Shown: piece after piece, positions 53,150-64,000 of the stretch
Numbering within the stretch: the first letter of the stretch is position 1
How the letters are laid out: every line of letters starts with the position of its first letter
Source of the DNA: Octopus sinensis
Taxonomy: Eukaryota
Reading direction: 5' to 3'
Assembly: GCF_006345805.1 (NCBI RefSeq)
Contig: NC_043011.1
Coordinates: 38,452,464 to 38,516,463 of the forward strand
Length of the DNA stretch: 64,000 bases
Translations under genes and position numbers: made by a program
Notes under the pieces: model-generated
What the model was told of the DNA's origin: nothing
Databases searched by the model: none
Seen by the model: the letters and a program-made list of their open reading frames with translations, nothing else

Positions 53150-53570
53150 TGGTCGGGAGAAAACAGTTTTCTCAAAGTAGCTGCCCTTGCTTCCAATACT
53201 GCCTGAAGATAAAATCGAAACCAGGTACATGCGTTCCCCAACGTGTTCCTGGCAAGATCTTCACCACCTCTTTGCTCTTTGTCTCCAGCTCGGCCTTGGT
53301 GTACAAGTAGAGTGATTGGTGCCTTTCTCAACCACGGGCTGGTGAAGTCGTGGGAATTCTTCCACAGCCACCTCTGAATATACCGGGAGGTATGGCAAGG
53401 AGCCTAATCCCGCTACTACACATATGCCTTTGTAGAAGAAAACCCTCTCCATGCAGGAATTGACTACAATCTCCAGCAGTTTCACATAGTGGTCAGAACT
53501 GAGCCTAAGACACTGTTCAAAGACGTGGGCAAGAAGCCCGACGCGGGGACGCAGTTAGAACGCCTCTCGT
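53150..53570 (-). pseudogene. maT/DD37D-like (Tc1/mariner superfamily) transposase C-terminal remnant
   Basis: Frameshifted reading HVFEQCLRLSSDHYVKLLEIVV..., (QQ)D.APCHTSRYIQRWLWKNSHDFTSP, YTKAELETKSKEV..LPRNTLGNACTWFRFYLQAVLEA.GSYFE fits the maT C-terminus. Confidence 0.75.
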
Positions 53571-53629
53571 GTCCTTTCCGGCTGGCTACTGCTTCGTAGT
53601 CACTTTTGCAGCTGCTCCGAGTTCAGCTT

Positions 53630-53714
53630 GTGCGAATGTTTTCTACTATAGACCCGGGTTGACCAAAGCCTTGTGAGTGGTTTGGTATACGTATACACAC
53701 ACACACACATGTAC

Positions 53715-53747
<33 letters not shown>

Positions 53748-53960
53748 CGTATGTCTTTATGTCTCCTTTTGTACCATCACCACCGCTTCACAACCGGTGT
53801 TGGTGCGTTTCTGTCCCCTAACTTAGTGGTTGAGCAAAAAGACAAATACAATATGTATCAGGCTTTAAAAAAGAAGTACTGGGTTCGATTCATTCGACTT
53901 AAAATTCAAGACGGTGACACAGCATGACCGCAGTCTAATGACTGACGCATGTAAAAGATG
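53630..53960 (+). mobile_element. Family A SINE lacking its head
   Basis: CTACTATAGACCCGGGTTGACCAAAGCCTTGTGAGTGG...ACAGCATGACCGCAGTCTAATGACTGA. Confidence 0.7.
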
Positions 53961-54170
53961 CATACGGATACATAAGTATTACACATCCATACATAGACAC
54001 ACATACACACACACACACACACACAACACACACACACACACAACACACACACACACACACACATATATTATATATATATATATACATACATATATGTATT
54101 TATTTATATATACATAAATATATGTATGTATGTATGTATTTATGTTTGTATGTATCTATATGTGTATATA

Positions 54171-54421
54171 TTGGGTTGGCCCGTAATTATTGCGGTTTTT
54201 TACAACAAATTTTATTCAACAAAAACAATAACAATATTTAACAAAAACATCTTTAAATGACGGTCTGACCATCTGCCAAGCAAATTGGAAGCAGAAAAAA
54301 TTGAAGTAGATGGTCAATATACTACGGAATAATCATTTAAGTTGTTTTTGTTACATGTTGTTATTGTTTCCATTGAATAAAATTTGTTGAAAAAAGCCGC
54401 AGTAATTATGCACCAACCCAA
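54171..54421. mobile_element. Mariner-derived MITE (internal deletion derivative)
   Basis: 49-bp TIRs (43/49 match) beginning TTGGGTTGG, TA on both sides (54169-54170, 54422-54423). The interior keeps the mariner C-terminal LPSKLEAEKIEVDGQYTTE*. The TIR resembles the Hsmar1-type TTAGGTTGGTGC. Confidence 0.88.
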
Positions 54422-54477
54422 TACATATATACATATATATATGAATGTGCTTTTTCTACATCAATTTATACTTATTA

Positions 54478-54530
<53 letters not shown>

Positions 54531-54978
54531 ATAATATATATATATATATAATATATATATATTATATATATATATATCAGATAATTTTTCCTGCTTATGT
54601 CGATAGAAAGAGGTAATTTTATAAATGAAGATTTACAAATGACTATAGGATGTTAATCTTGTGTGATATATCGATTTCAGCGGTATATGAAACATGAATA
54701 TTGTAAATGTTGTGAAATATAAAATGTCAAATCCTTATATTGCAAGATTACCTGATAAAACCATAGTAGTGTAGTCCACCATAATCTGGATTTATCATTG
54801 GATTTAACTTAGTAAGGAGACGTTTGGTTATAAGTTTTGTATTTAGTGAACATTTGAAGCCTCTTATGAAAGTCATCGTTTGTGTGTTAGCATTTATTCA
54901 AAGTAAAACATACAAATCTTATTAATTTTGGCGTCATTGGCATATGGCTTGTTTTGGGTCAATATATTTCTAAAAGAA

Positions 54979-55192
54979 GGCGGCGAGCTGGCAGAAACGT
55001 TTGCACGCCAAGCGAAATGCTTAGCAGCATTTCGTCTGCCTTTGCGTTCTCAGTTCAAATTCCGACGAGGTTGACTTTGCCTTTCATCCTTTCGGGTTCG
55101 ATAAATTTAGTACCAGTTACGCACTTAATCCTTTTGTCTGTCCTTGTTCGACCCCCTCTATATTTAGCCCCTTGTGGGCAATAAAAAAATAA
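54979..55192 (+). mobile_element. Family B SINE
   Basis: GGCGGCGAGCTGGCAGAAACGTTTG...GGGCAATAAA. Confidence 0.9.
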
Positions 55193-55419
55193 CGAAATGC
55201 TTAGAGATTATTTTTTCTTTTTCCTTTGAGATGCAGTTTTGACAGCAATGGTTGTGTGGCCATCATGAAAATTCTGTAGTTAATGTAAGTTTAGCATTTG
55301 TTGGGTTTGTAAAGGTTTTACCTGTGAGTTTTACATAAGCAAAAGGGGTAGATGAAGCTGTTTTGTTTAAGTATATATGTAGTGACTTTGATTTTTAATT
55401 CTGTTAAAGAGGGCCAGGC

Positions 55420-56341
55420 TGGAAGCATTCTCCAGAACCATGATTAATTTGGTAAGAACATGCCACCTTATCGATGGCCACTCACCCACCAATTCAAATT
55501 AATCATGGTTCTGCATACGAAATCATCCACAACAAGATTCGCCTTTTTAAAGTCTGTGCGAAATGGGTGTCAAGAGAGCTTACTGAATTGCATAATAGCA
55601 ATCCTTTGGAGATCTCTCAGTATCTACTCGACCGCTACAAAGATAAAGACGAAGCTTTTTGGAGAGAATAGTCATAGAGCCAGAATCGAAAATTACAATA
55701 TTCATAGAGCCAGAATCCAAATGACACTTTGAGCCATAATCCATGGCTCAAATGCAGTAGAAACACTCGGAATTGCCAGCAAAAATGAAATTCAACGCAT
55801 CCCTCCGCCAACTGTCTTACTTTTTGAAGCAAAATGGTTTGTACGGGAGCATTACTCTGAAAAGGGGTGTACGGTCACCAGTGAAGGTTACAGTTGAATG
55901 GTGGGCAACAAAATGAAACCAACAATTCGGACCAAAAGCCAAAGTCCATTGTGAGTGCAAGTGTAATTGTTTCACGACAATGGACGATCAGATACGGCCG
56001 ACCACACAGGAGAAACCATTGAAAATTGAGTTCCGAGTTTCCGAAACAGCTAGCATACAGTCCAAGTCCGGCCTCTTCCGACTATCACCCTTTTGGACGG
56101 TTCAGACATCCTTTACCAGGTTGTCGATTTTCTATGGAAAAAGAAGATGAGCAGGAAGCGGGGGAAAATGGCTGCACAAGCAGCCAAACATATTCTTCCC
56201 CGATGGAATAAGCACAGTTGTCGACCGCTGGCAGAAAAGCAAGGAGACCGTGTGGATAAATGATGTAATTCTTCAACTCCTGCTGTTGTTTTAATAGATT
56301 ATAGGAAAAAGAGTGCACATAATTTGTGGCTTACCCTCGTA
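55420..56341 (+). pseudogene. Mariner (DD34D-type) transposase pseudogene with right terminus
   Basis: INHGSAYEIIHNK...KVCAKWVSRELTELH...LDRY, EPESK, HDNGR.DTA, AYSPSPASSDYHPFG, G.RF, FFPDGI..VDRW.K. Ends ...TTACCCTCG|TA at 56339-56341. Confidence 0.9.
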
Positions 56342-56545
56342 TATGTATATATATATATATATATATATACGTTTAAATATTTGTTGTGCAAGATTTTTTA
56401 TGTGAAGTCGTGTGTTGAAACAGATATTGTTATATTTCGGAATGGTCATATTGCCAGTTTAGCCAATAAAAACACACGCACTATATATTTGGTGTTATTT
56501 TGCTTCAGTGATATTTATTTTTTACATTAATCTTAATCTTATTTC

Positions 56546-56589
56546 GGCCAAAGTCTTTCGTCACACTCCTGTGACCGCATCAGTGGTCC
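56546..56589 (-). ncRNA. Type I hammerhead motif in the Penelope 3' pseudo-LTR
   Basis: GGACCA-CUGAUGC (A9 to C)-G-GUCACA-GGAG-UGUGAC-GAA-AG-A-CU-U-UGGCC. Perfect 6-bp stem II and CCA/UGG stem I. Same strand as the Penelope ORF and downstream of it. Confidence 0.75.
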
Positions 56590-56652
56590 TTTGTTTTCTT
56601 CTCACTTACTTGTGTCTCTCCTTACTAACCGTCAGCCATTTTATATTTCTAT

Positions 56653-58576
56653 TGTATGTCTTCATTTGCGCATGTTTATATCTCTATGTGCGTCTATGTT
56701 TATTTAGTGTGGTGTGGGGGGGGGATGCCTGTAATATTTGTATCTTCTGGTTATATACATTCTTGTAATTTGTATTTTGTTTTTTTGTTGTTGCTTTTTT
56801 CTAATTTTGTTCATGTGTTTACATCCACCCATTATTATCATTACATATGCTTGTATGTATGTATAACAACAATATTAGTAATAATAATAATAAATCTAAT
56901 CGAAAAAAAAAAAAAGGAATATACATATACATATATATATTATACATACACATACATATACATATATATATATATACATATCACACACATATATACACAT
57001 ATACATATATATACACATATACATATATATATGTTCATTTCTATTTCTTTAATTACCTGTGTATTTATTATGTTTGCAGGATCCACTATTGTCATATGTT
57101 GTGGTGTGCGCTATTGCTCCATTCTAGTTTTCTATTCAGGCTAGTTATTTTCTATTATATGTGTAGCTTCTGTAGTTTGTCTAATTGTTGCATCTGTTCT
57201 ATGTGTGGACAATATCTTAATCTCTATGTTATTGATTGATCCCCCGTGTTCTTGTTCGGCGTGTTGGTACAGAATCGATGAGCTTTTACCTTCCTTGAGT
57301 TGGTCTCCATGTTCATTCACCCGCTCACCAATGCTTCTTGCAGTTTCCCCTACGTATGTTACTGTCTTGTTACTGCATCGTCCCTCTATACATCTTATAC
57401 TATAGACCACATTTCTGGCTTTACAGTTCGTTTGTGGGCTAATCTACATACAGTGCAATAGTTATCCGTACAGAGAGTTCTACTAAAAGGATAGCTTCTA
57501 CAATTATAGATCTGATAGGGTTGCCTGGCTTTTCAACAACCTAATTCTTAGTTTAAGTTTATCTAGGGTCCTTCTAAAGCGGTACGCTAGTTCACCTCCA
57601 GGGGTGGTCAACGAACATGACACTCTGGTATTTATGGTTATCATACCAAGAGTTGGCCTTCCCTATTTTCTTTTTTGTCCTTTCTATAGTGTTCCATGAC
57701 TTGTTCCTATAGAGTGGGCAAATCCCATTCCTATCATTACATAATATATTATCAAATTTCTTCATGGCTCCTTTGTATACTCTGATCCTTTCTTTATGGC
57801 TGTAACCTGAGAACTGCATGCGGTGAATGAAGTACTGTATGTGTCTCTTTAATTCTGTAGGCTCGCACATGCGTGACCACATTTCTCATTATTCTGACGA
57901 GGTCTGCCATTAAAATATTGAATTTGGCATTGCCCGCAATGGCTGAGTTCCGGTGGATCAGGTATTTTGAGGCCATAGGTTTGCATATATGAATGAATGA
58001 AGGATTTGGGTTTTATTTTTCACAATTTCTAGCCAGAGTTCAGTGTCTAGTACTGGTAGTCTATGGTTGGGGTGTTTAGTGGGGTAGTCTATTGTCCTTA
58101 ATACTCTGGTGGATGGAGTTAGCTATTTGCTGGATGCTCTCCATAGTATTAGTTTCTATTACTATATCAACAGTACTCTCTTGTGGGGGTGCCTTTACTA
58201 CTATATTGATATCATCAACATAGCGAGAGTACATGTTTACGAGTATGGATTTCTGCAGTAGGCATTCTTTAAGCCTTCTGTCCCACCATACCATGAAGAG
58301 GTTGGCCACATCACCAGCGATACTAACATTAGATTTATTATTATTATTACTAATATTGTTGTTATACATACATACAAGCATATGTAATGATAATAATGGG
58401 TGGATGTAAACACATGAACAAAATTAGAACAAAAGCAACAACAACAAAAACAAAATACAAATTACAAGAATGTATATAACCAGAAGATACAAATATTACA
58501 GGCATCCCCCCCACACACACACTAAATAAACATAGACGCACATAGAGATATAAACATGCGCAAATGAAGACATATA
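56653..58576. repeat. ~250-bp inverted repeat (Penelope pseudo-LTR and its 5' inverted copy)
   Basis: 56653-56900 is the reverse complement of 58328-58576. The supplied ORFs 56656+ and 58362- share the translation MSSFAHVYISMCVYVYLV. Confidence 0.95.
57092..58327 (-). pseudogene. 5'-truncated Penelope-like retroelement: RT, C-X4-C-X2-C linker, C-terminal GIY-YIG endonuclease
   Basis: SIAGDVANLFMVWWDR, YSRYVDD (58222-58211), LPVLD, KPMASKYLIHRNSA, RMQFSGY, PLYR, CTDNYCTVC (57472-57446), VVYSIRC...YVGETARSIGERVNEH...LYQH...RQTTEA..I...NRKLEW. Several frameshifts. Confidence 0.93.
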
Positions 58577-60244
58577 GTTGTCCTTCTTCATCTTCGAGAA
58601 TCCCTGACATATGATGACATACAGTTGTCCTTCTTCACCTTCGAATTCTTCTCTTACACAAGGAGGAAAAGGTAAAATCTGTTGCAAAAATTTATAAATG
58701 AGAAGTAGATTAAGAATACAAGACAGCAATACTCTCACAAAGCTGAAGGTTTGAAGATTTAACAAGACATGACGGACACCTCAGACTAGAAAGATTTGCT
58801 CGCAACCACTTGCACCATAACCACCACTAAAAATTCCACTGCCATCAGCACCACCAGCACCACCGTGGCAACAGCGACAGCTATAGAAAGCCATAAATTG
58901 TTATACGCACAACTACATCAACACACGAAAGAAATGGAAAATAGGAAAATATTATATCTTGAACAAGAACGAAACGCAAAAAGAAATAAAAACATGGTCG
59001 AGAACAATGAACGCAACAATATTTACAAGTACCTATACAAGAAACTTCAGCTTTTTTGTTATGCGAAAAATCGACTACGACAACACATGGAGAAAATTCA
59101 AACAAAACAACAAAACGGCAGCAGAATATTTGCCGTTAAGAACATCACCAAACATATTTATAATAATAAAGGAAAAATTCCCTTATGTCGTAGAAATTTT
59201 CCAAAAAAAGCAGCCCAAAAGTCTGTTGAATGCCTTTAAAGCTTCCTCTATTCACCATTAATATAGGATTGCCTTTGCCAAACTTTCTGGTGTAGATAAT
59301 TGTTCAATAAGCTGTTTAAATATTTGCTGGATTTCTTCGCACTAGGAAGCGCCTCTATGTACTGAAGACCAACCATATTAGAAACATTTTATTGATCAAG
59401 AAGTTATCGATAACGTCCTGGGTAAGAGTCCCAGAAATAATAGCTAACTTTCCTCCAAATCATAGCCTATAGTCTTAGAAAAGTACGGAAAATTATGTAT
59501 GACGTAGTCTTATTTATAATTATATAAAGATGAGATCGACATGATTGTTATTGCTTCGATTATAGATCTGTTTGCGCAATCAGAGTTGACCTGGGGTTAA
59601 ATAACATCAACAACAATTCAACTACGACAACGACAAAAAAAATAACAACAACAACAACAACGATGAAAATCGAGTTTGATACCGGAAAACTATGAACAAA
59701 AGAAAACTATAATGAAATTCCTTGGAGCATTAAAAATAAGCGAATTTATAGAAAACAGTCCAGACTCACCATATTTCGTTGGTGCAGTCGTTCTCAATTG
59801 GCTTTGACTAGCAAATATTGATAAACATCATAAATCTTTATAAATACATAACCATATACATTATCTTATATTGAATAGAGGAGATATACAAAGAATTTTT
59901 CTATTATTGCTTGCAGACCGGAATATCAAATGAACATCAATATGAATTGAACAATAAGTTTGTTTTAAATTTTCGTAGACCTGCGATAGGTCTGCAAACA
60001 GCTACGCTGCTATAGTGTTGGACTACAGTTCATGATTTAAATAATTCGACAGTGCAGTGGATTTTCTTTCTACTCAGGGCATTCATCGAACAAGGAAATA
60101 CATAATCACGTGTAAACCTGGGTAAGTTGCTTTTAGGAAGGCTAACTTTGCTGCTGCTCATGCTTGCAAGTTTCTCCGCCGATGCTACAGATATTTATCG
60201 AAGGCGAAGGCCACGGAGTTATGCCGATGCAACTTGGCACCAGT

Positions 60245-61036
60245 GTCGTCTCAGACATTGCTCTCAGAACGGAAAGAAATAAACAAAATCAAAATCTTCA
60301 AAGCATCTCGCTCCACTCCCTAACAGTTCTTTCAATCCATTACCTTGGATTGATTCTTTTATAGGAACCCCGAACGGATAAAATAGACAAGAAAGAGTGA
60401 GAGAAATTTGGAGCGAAAGAGTACAACAGGGGTCGCCACCACCCCCTGCCGGAGCCACGTGGGACTTTAGGTGTTTTCGCTAAATAAACACACACATTCC
60501 CGGTCTGGGAATCGAAACCGCGATCCTCTGACCGCGAGTCCGCTGCCCTAGCCACTGGGCCATTGCGCCTCCGAGTTTCGTTTTAGCTGTGAGATATGAA
60601 CTCTGAACATTGAAACAGATATAATACAATCAACCTCATTGCTCTCCTTGCTGCTGTTGTTGCTTTTGCTTTGTTCCAGATCAGCCGTAATTGAGCAGGC
60701 CTATGATCAAAATAATTCCATCTGTGTCCCTCGCATCTTTATGCATAGTGACCCCCACTTCTGATTCCTGCTAACCTTACACGGGGAGATACGACATGTC
60801 TTTGGTGTAATGCGTATAATTCCATGTCTTATTCTGTGATTTGATCCCGTCATTGGACTTCTGTCAACAGACGCACCATTTTCTTTACAACTACATTATT
60901 TATGTGAACCCGATATACATATATATATATGTGTGTGTGTGTATGCATGTATATATGTGTGTGTATATATATATATATGTATATATATATGTATATAGAT
61001 ATATGTATACATATATGTATATATATATATATATAA

Positions 61037-61079
<43 letters not shown>

Positions 61080-61369
61080 GTATATAAATACGTGCATATT
61101 TATTTATACATATATGTATATATGCATATAAATACATGCATATTTATATATGCATTATATATATACATTATATTTGATTGCATTATATCTGATGCAATGT
61201 TCAGAGTTCATATCTCACAGTGGTCCCTTGTCTATTTTATCCGTTCGGGGTTCCTATAAAAGAATCAATCCAAGGTAATGGATTGAAAGAACTATTAGGG
61301 AGTGGAGCGAGATGCTTTGAAGATTTTGATTTTGTTTATTTCTTTCTGTTCTGAGAGCATGTCTGTGAC

Positions 61370-61426
<57 letters not shown>

Positions 61427-61576
61427 TATATACATATATATATACACATATATATACAGCTTCCAATAAATAATGTAGTTGTAAAGAAAATGGTGCGCCT
61501 GTTGACAGAAGTCCAATGACGGATCGAATCACAGAACAAGACATGAAATTATGCGCATTCCACCAAAGACCAGTCG

Positions 61577-61578
<2 letters not shown>
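60245..61578. repeat. Two interleaved inverted repeat pairs (A/A' and B/B')
   Basis: A (60245-60391 plus 60587-60633) pairs with A' (61174-61372). B (60790-60903) pairs with B' (61466-61578). A diverged B-like segment is at ~63908-63950. Confidence 0.9.
60392..60572 (-). mobile_element. Family C SINE head and body inserted in repeat A
   Basis: Minus strand GGAGGCGCAATGGCCCAGTGGCTAG...GGTTTCGATTCCCAGACCGG...CTCTCACTCTTT. It is absent from the paralogous copy A'. Confidence 0.9.
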
Positions 61579-61608
<30 letters not shown>

Positions 61609-62490
61609 ATATATATATATATATATAATATATATATATATATATAATATATATATATGTGGGGGGCGGGTGAAAATATGTATATGTGTATATAAATATG
61701 TGTGTGTTTTTCTTTCTACATATTTTTTACATACATTTAGTTATGACTGTTTGTACATGCTATTGCTTAAACCGGTCGAAAAACCCAGTGTAATTTGCAC
61801 TGTGTAATTTATTAATTACTTCTGCTTGTAGATAGTAAATCAGTGAGCAAAGCCCTTCCAACTTTAACCACACTCTCCTTTTCCAACGTGGAAACACCCT
61901 AGGTATATCTTTTTCCAACATGTAGTGAAAGCAGCTTTCTTTGCTTTTAAGGATTTAAGGATAGTATAAAACCGATGTCTAATTTTCGCAAAGTCTAACG
62001 TGTCGGGAATGCTTTTACTTATGTGCAGTTAACCAAAGGTTCTATGATGTAGGAGAGAGAGATTTCTAAACGCTCATGTGACGGCACCTACAAGCAGGTT
62101 CCGTCAATAGCTTCTGATAGTTCGTTGTACGACAAACGTCAAGCACTTAATTTTCCTTACACCAAACTGAAGGAAAATACGTACCCGATCCCCAGATAAT
62201 GCATCTATTATAAATGGACTGAATATTCAATAGGATTATTTGAAATTCATCTACAGAACACTGCAGAGTCAAGGGAATATGGAAATTGTGAAGTCATCTA
62301 CCTCAGCAACTGTTATACGTTTTATTTTTAAAACTTATTCACCAAGTTCCACGAGAAAGCTTCCAAGAAATCTACAGAGTTGATGCGTATACGCGTGTAA
62401 TTCTCCTCACATTATACCATAGCGATCTTATAATGTGTGCACATGCATATATGTGTGTATAATGTGTGGTTGTGTGCGTGTGTTGTGTGT

Positions 62491-62552
<62 letters not shown>

Positions 62553-62957
62553 GTGTGTGTGTGGTGTGTGTGTGTATGTATGTAAGTATGTATATATGAA
62601 TATTTTATAATTATAAACATAATTATAATTTGGGTTCAGCTAATTAATTCACCACATACCGAATTTAGAAATAGGAGTTAAAAATTCCTTTTCTATTACT
62701 CTAAGAATCTCCATGACGGCAACATACTTTTTTTTTTACGAAGGCAAAGAGAAGAACAATGAATAAACACGACCAGGATTAACTACATACGCGTTTCGAG
62801 GTTAAAGCATTTAAAAGTTTACTTACTTATCTCTTCAGTGTAGTATTTCCGATCTACTTGGTAACATGTTTAATTAATTGATTAAATAATTAATTAATTT
62901 AATTGATAAAATTTACCCCTTTATTATTAATTTAAAAGTATATATATATGCTCACAT

Positions 62958-62992
<35 letters not shown>

Positions 62993-63144
62993 ATACTCTT
63001 CTTCAAGCCCTTTACTTATTGATATCATTTCTATTCTGAGTAAGTCGGACCTTTTCCTATGTAAACTTGTATACATTTTTGTATTTAATGCATTTAATAT
63101 AATTTTGTATATCGGCCTGCTTAACTTGCTTGTCCTTACATTTA

Positions 63145-63371
63145 CTCCTCTATCTGCTCGTACTTATTTTATCGGTCTCTTTTTGCCGAATCTCAACATC
63201 GCTTGTCGAGCGATGGTGAGGGGACAAACACGGACACACTTTAGCATTTTTTTCTTTAAGCCTAGTACTTATGCATTTGGTCTCCACTTCCGAACCACTA
63301 AGTTACGGGAACGTAAACACATCAGCACCCCGGTTGTCAAGTGGTGATGGGGAAAAAACACAGACACAAAG

Positions 63372-63405
<34 letters not shown>

Positions 63406-63459
63406 GCACACTCACACACACAGAGACACACACGCACACACACACATATATATATATGC

Positions 63460-63502
<43 letters not shown>

Positions 63503-63647
63503 AAGGGTTTCTTTCAATTTCCGTCTACAAAATCCACCCGCAAGTTTATTCGAAGGCAGGTCCCCAAGGTGGTATGCGGTCGGCCTGAACCAGGAGCCAT
63601 TTGATTGGGCAGCAAGATTCTTACCATACAGCCACGCCTGCACCCAT
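63145..63647 (-). mobile_element. Degraded family A SINE with partially duplicated 3' region
   Basis: Minus head GGGTGCAGGCGTGGCTGTATGGTAAG. The TTCGGCAAAAAGAGACCGATAAAATAAGTAC-like segment occurs twice. Confidence 0.7.
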
Positions 63648-63669
63648 ACATGCACACATACATACGCAC

Positions 63670-63742
<73 letters not shown>

Positions 63743-64000
63743 TGTGTGTGTGTGTTTCTACATGTGTGTTATTGTTTTGACCGGTCGAATACCCAGTGTA
63801 GTTTGCTCTGTGTCTATCCGTGTTCCATAATTTCTCAATCCCTTCTGCATGTAGAGAGATATTTCTGAGAAATAAGTAGCGCGGCTTCACTTAATTAATG
63901 AAGCTGATGAGAAAATGGTGTGCCCGATGAATGTAGTCCAAAGACAGAATCCAATAAAAGAATTATGGAATAGATATAGAAATGGAAAAACTAATGGATG

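Noticed and set aside
57092-58327. Naiad-type or selenoprotein-encoding Penelope element
   Set aside because: The endonuclease is C-terminal (Naiads are N-terminal EN), and the conserved Cys positions use TGT/TGC, not TGA.
58796-59261. 147-aa and 100-aa plus-strand ORFs next to the Penelope element
   Set aside because: No recognisable domain and biased composition. They could be a decayed retroelement, but this is unsupported.
61495-63955. Possible decayed hammerheads in repeat B (CTGTTGA/CCGATGA with a GTC-CAAW-GAC hairpin) and in repeat A (GGACCACTGTGAG)
   Set aside because: The cores are mutated and stem II does not close next to a GAAA in any copy.

Overview
AT-rich, microsatellite-saturated eukaryotic DNA with no host protein-coding exon that I can support. 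Almost all ORFs in the supplied track are translations of (TA)n, (CA)n, (GATA)n, (TAG)n or (TTA)n tracts. The repeat repertoire suggests an octopus (coleoid cephalopod) intergenic or intronic region; this is inference. Recognisable content: dozens of tRNA-derived SINE copies (working names A, B, C, D); a decayed CR1-clade LINE; a 5'-truncated Penelope-like element (RT, Cys linker, C-terminal GIY-YIG); Helitron helicase and non-autonomous Helitron remnants; mariner, Tc1, maT/DD37D and pogo transposase fragments; and two MITEs. The most notable signal is six type I hammerhead-ribozyme-like motifs at five loci (7824-7906, 8122-8204, 17544-17585, 25434-25481, 38655-38699, 56546-56589). Four of the five loci share one architecture: a ribozyme-bearing unit with a divergent inverted partial copy on its 5' side. 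One locus is the Penelope element, one is a tRNA-headed SINE, and one has an unusual 54-nt stem II. This suggests several non-autonomous ribozyme retroelement families that use Penelope machinery. Two SINE-LINE tail partnerships, recurrent SINE multimer junctions and a 107-bp templated insertion are also visible. All alignments and folds were done by eye.
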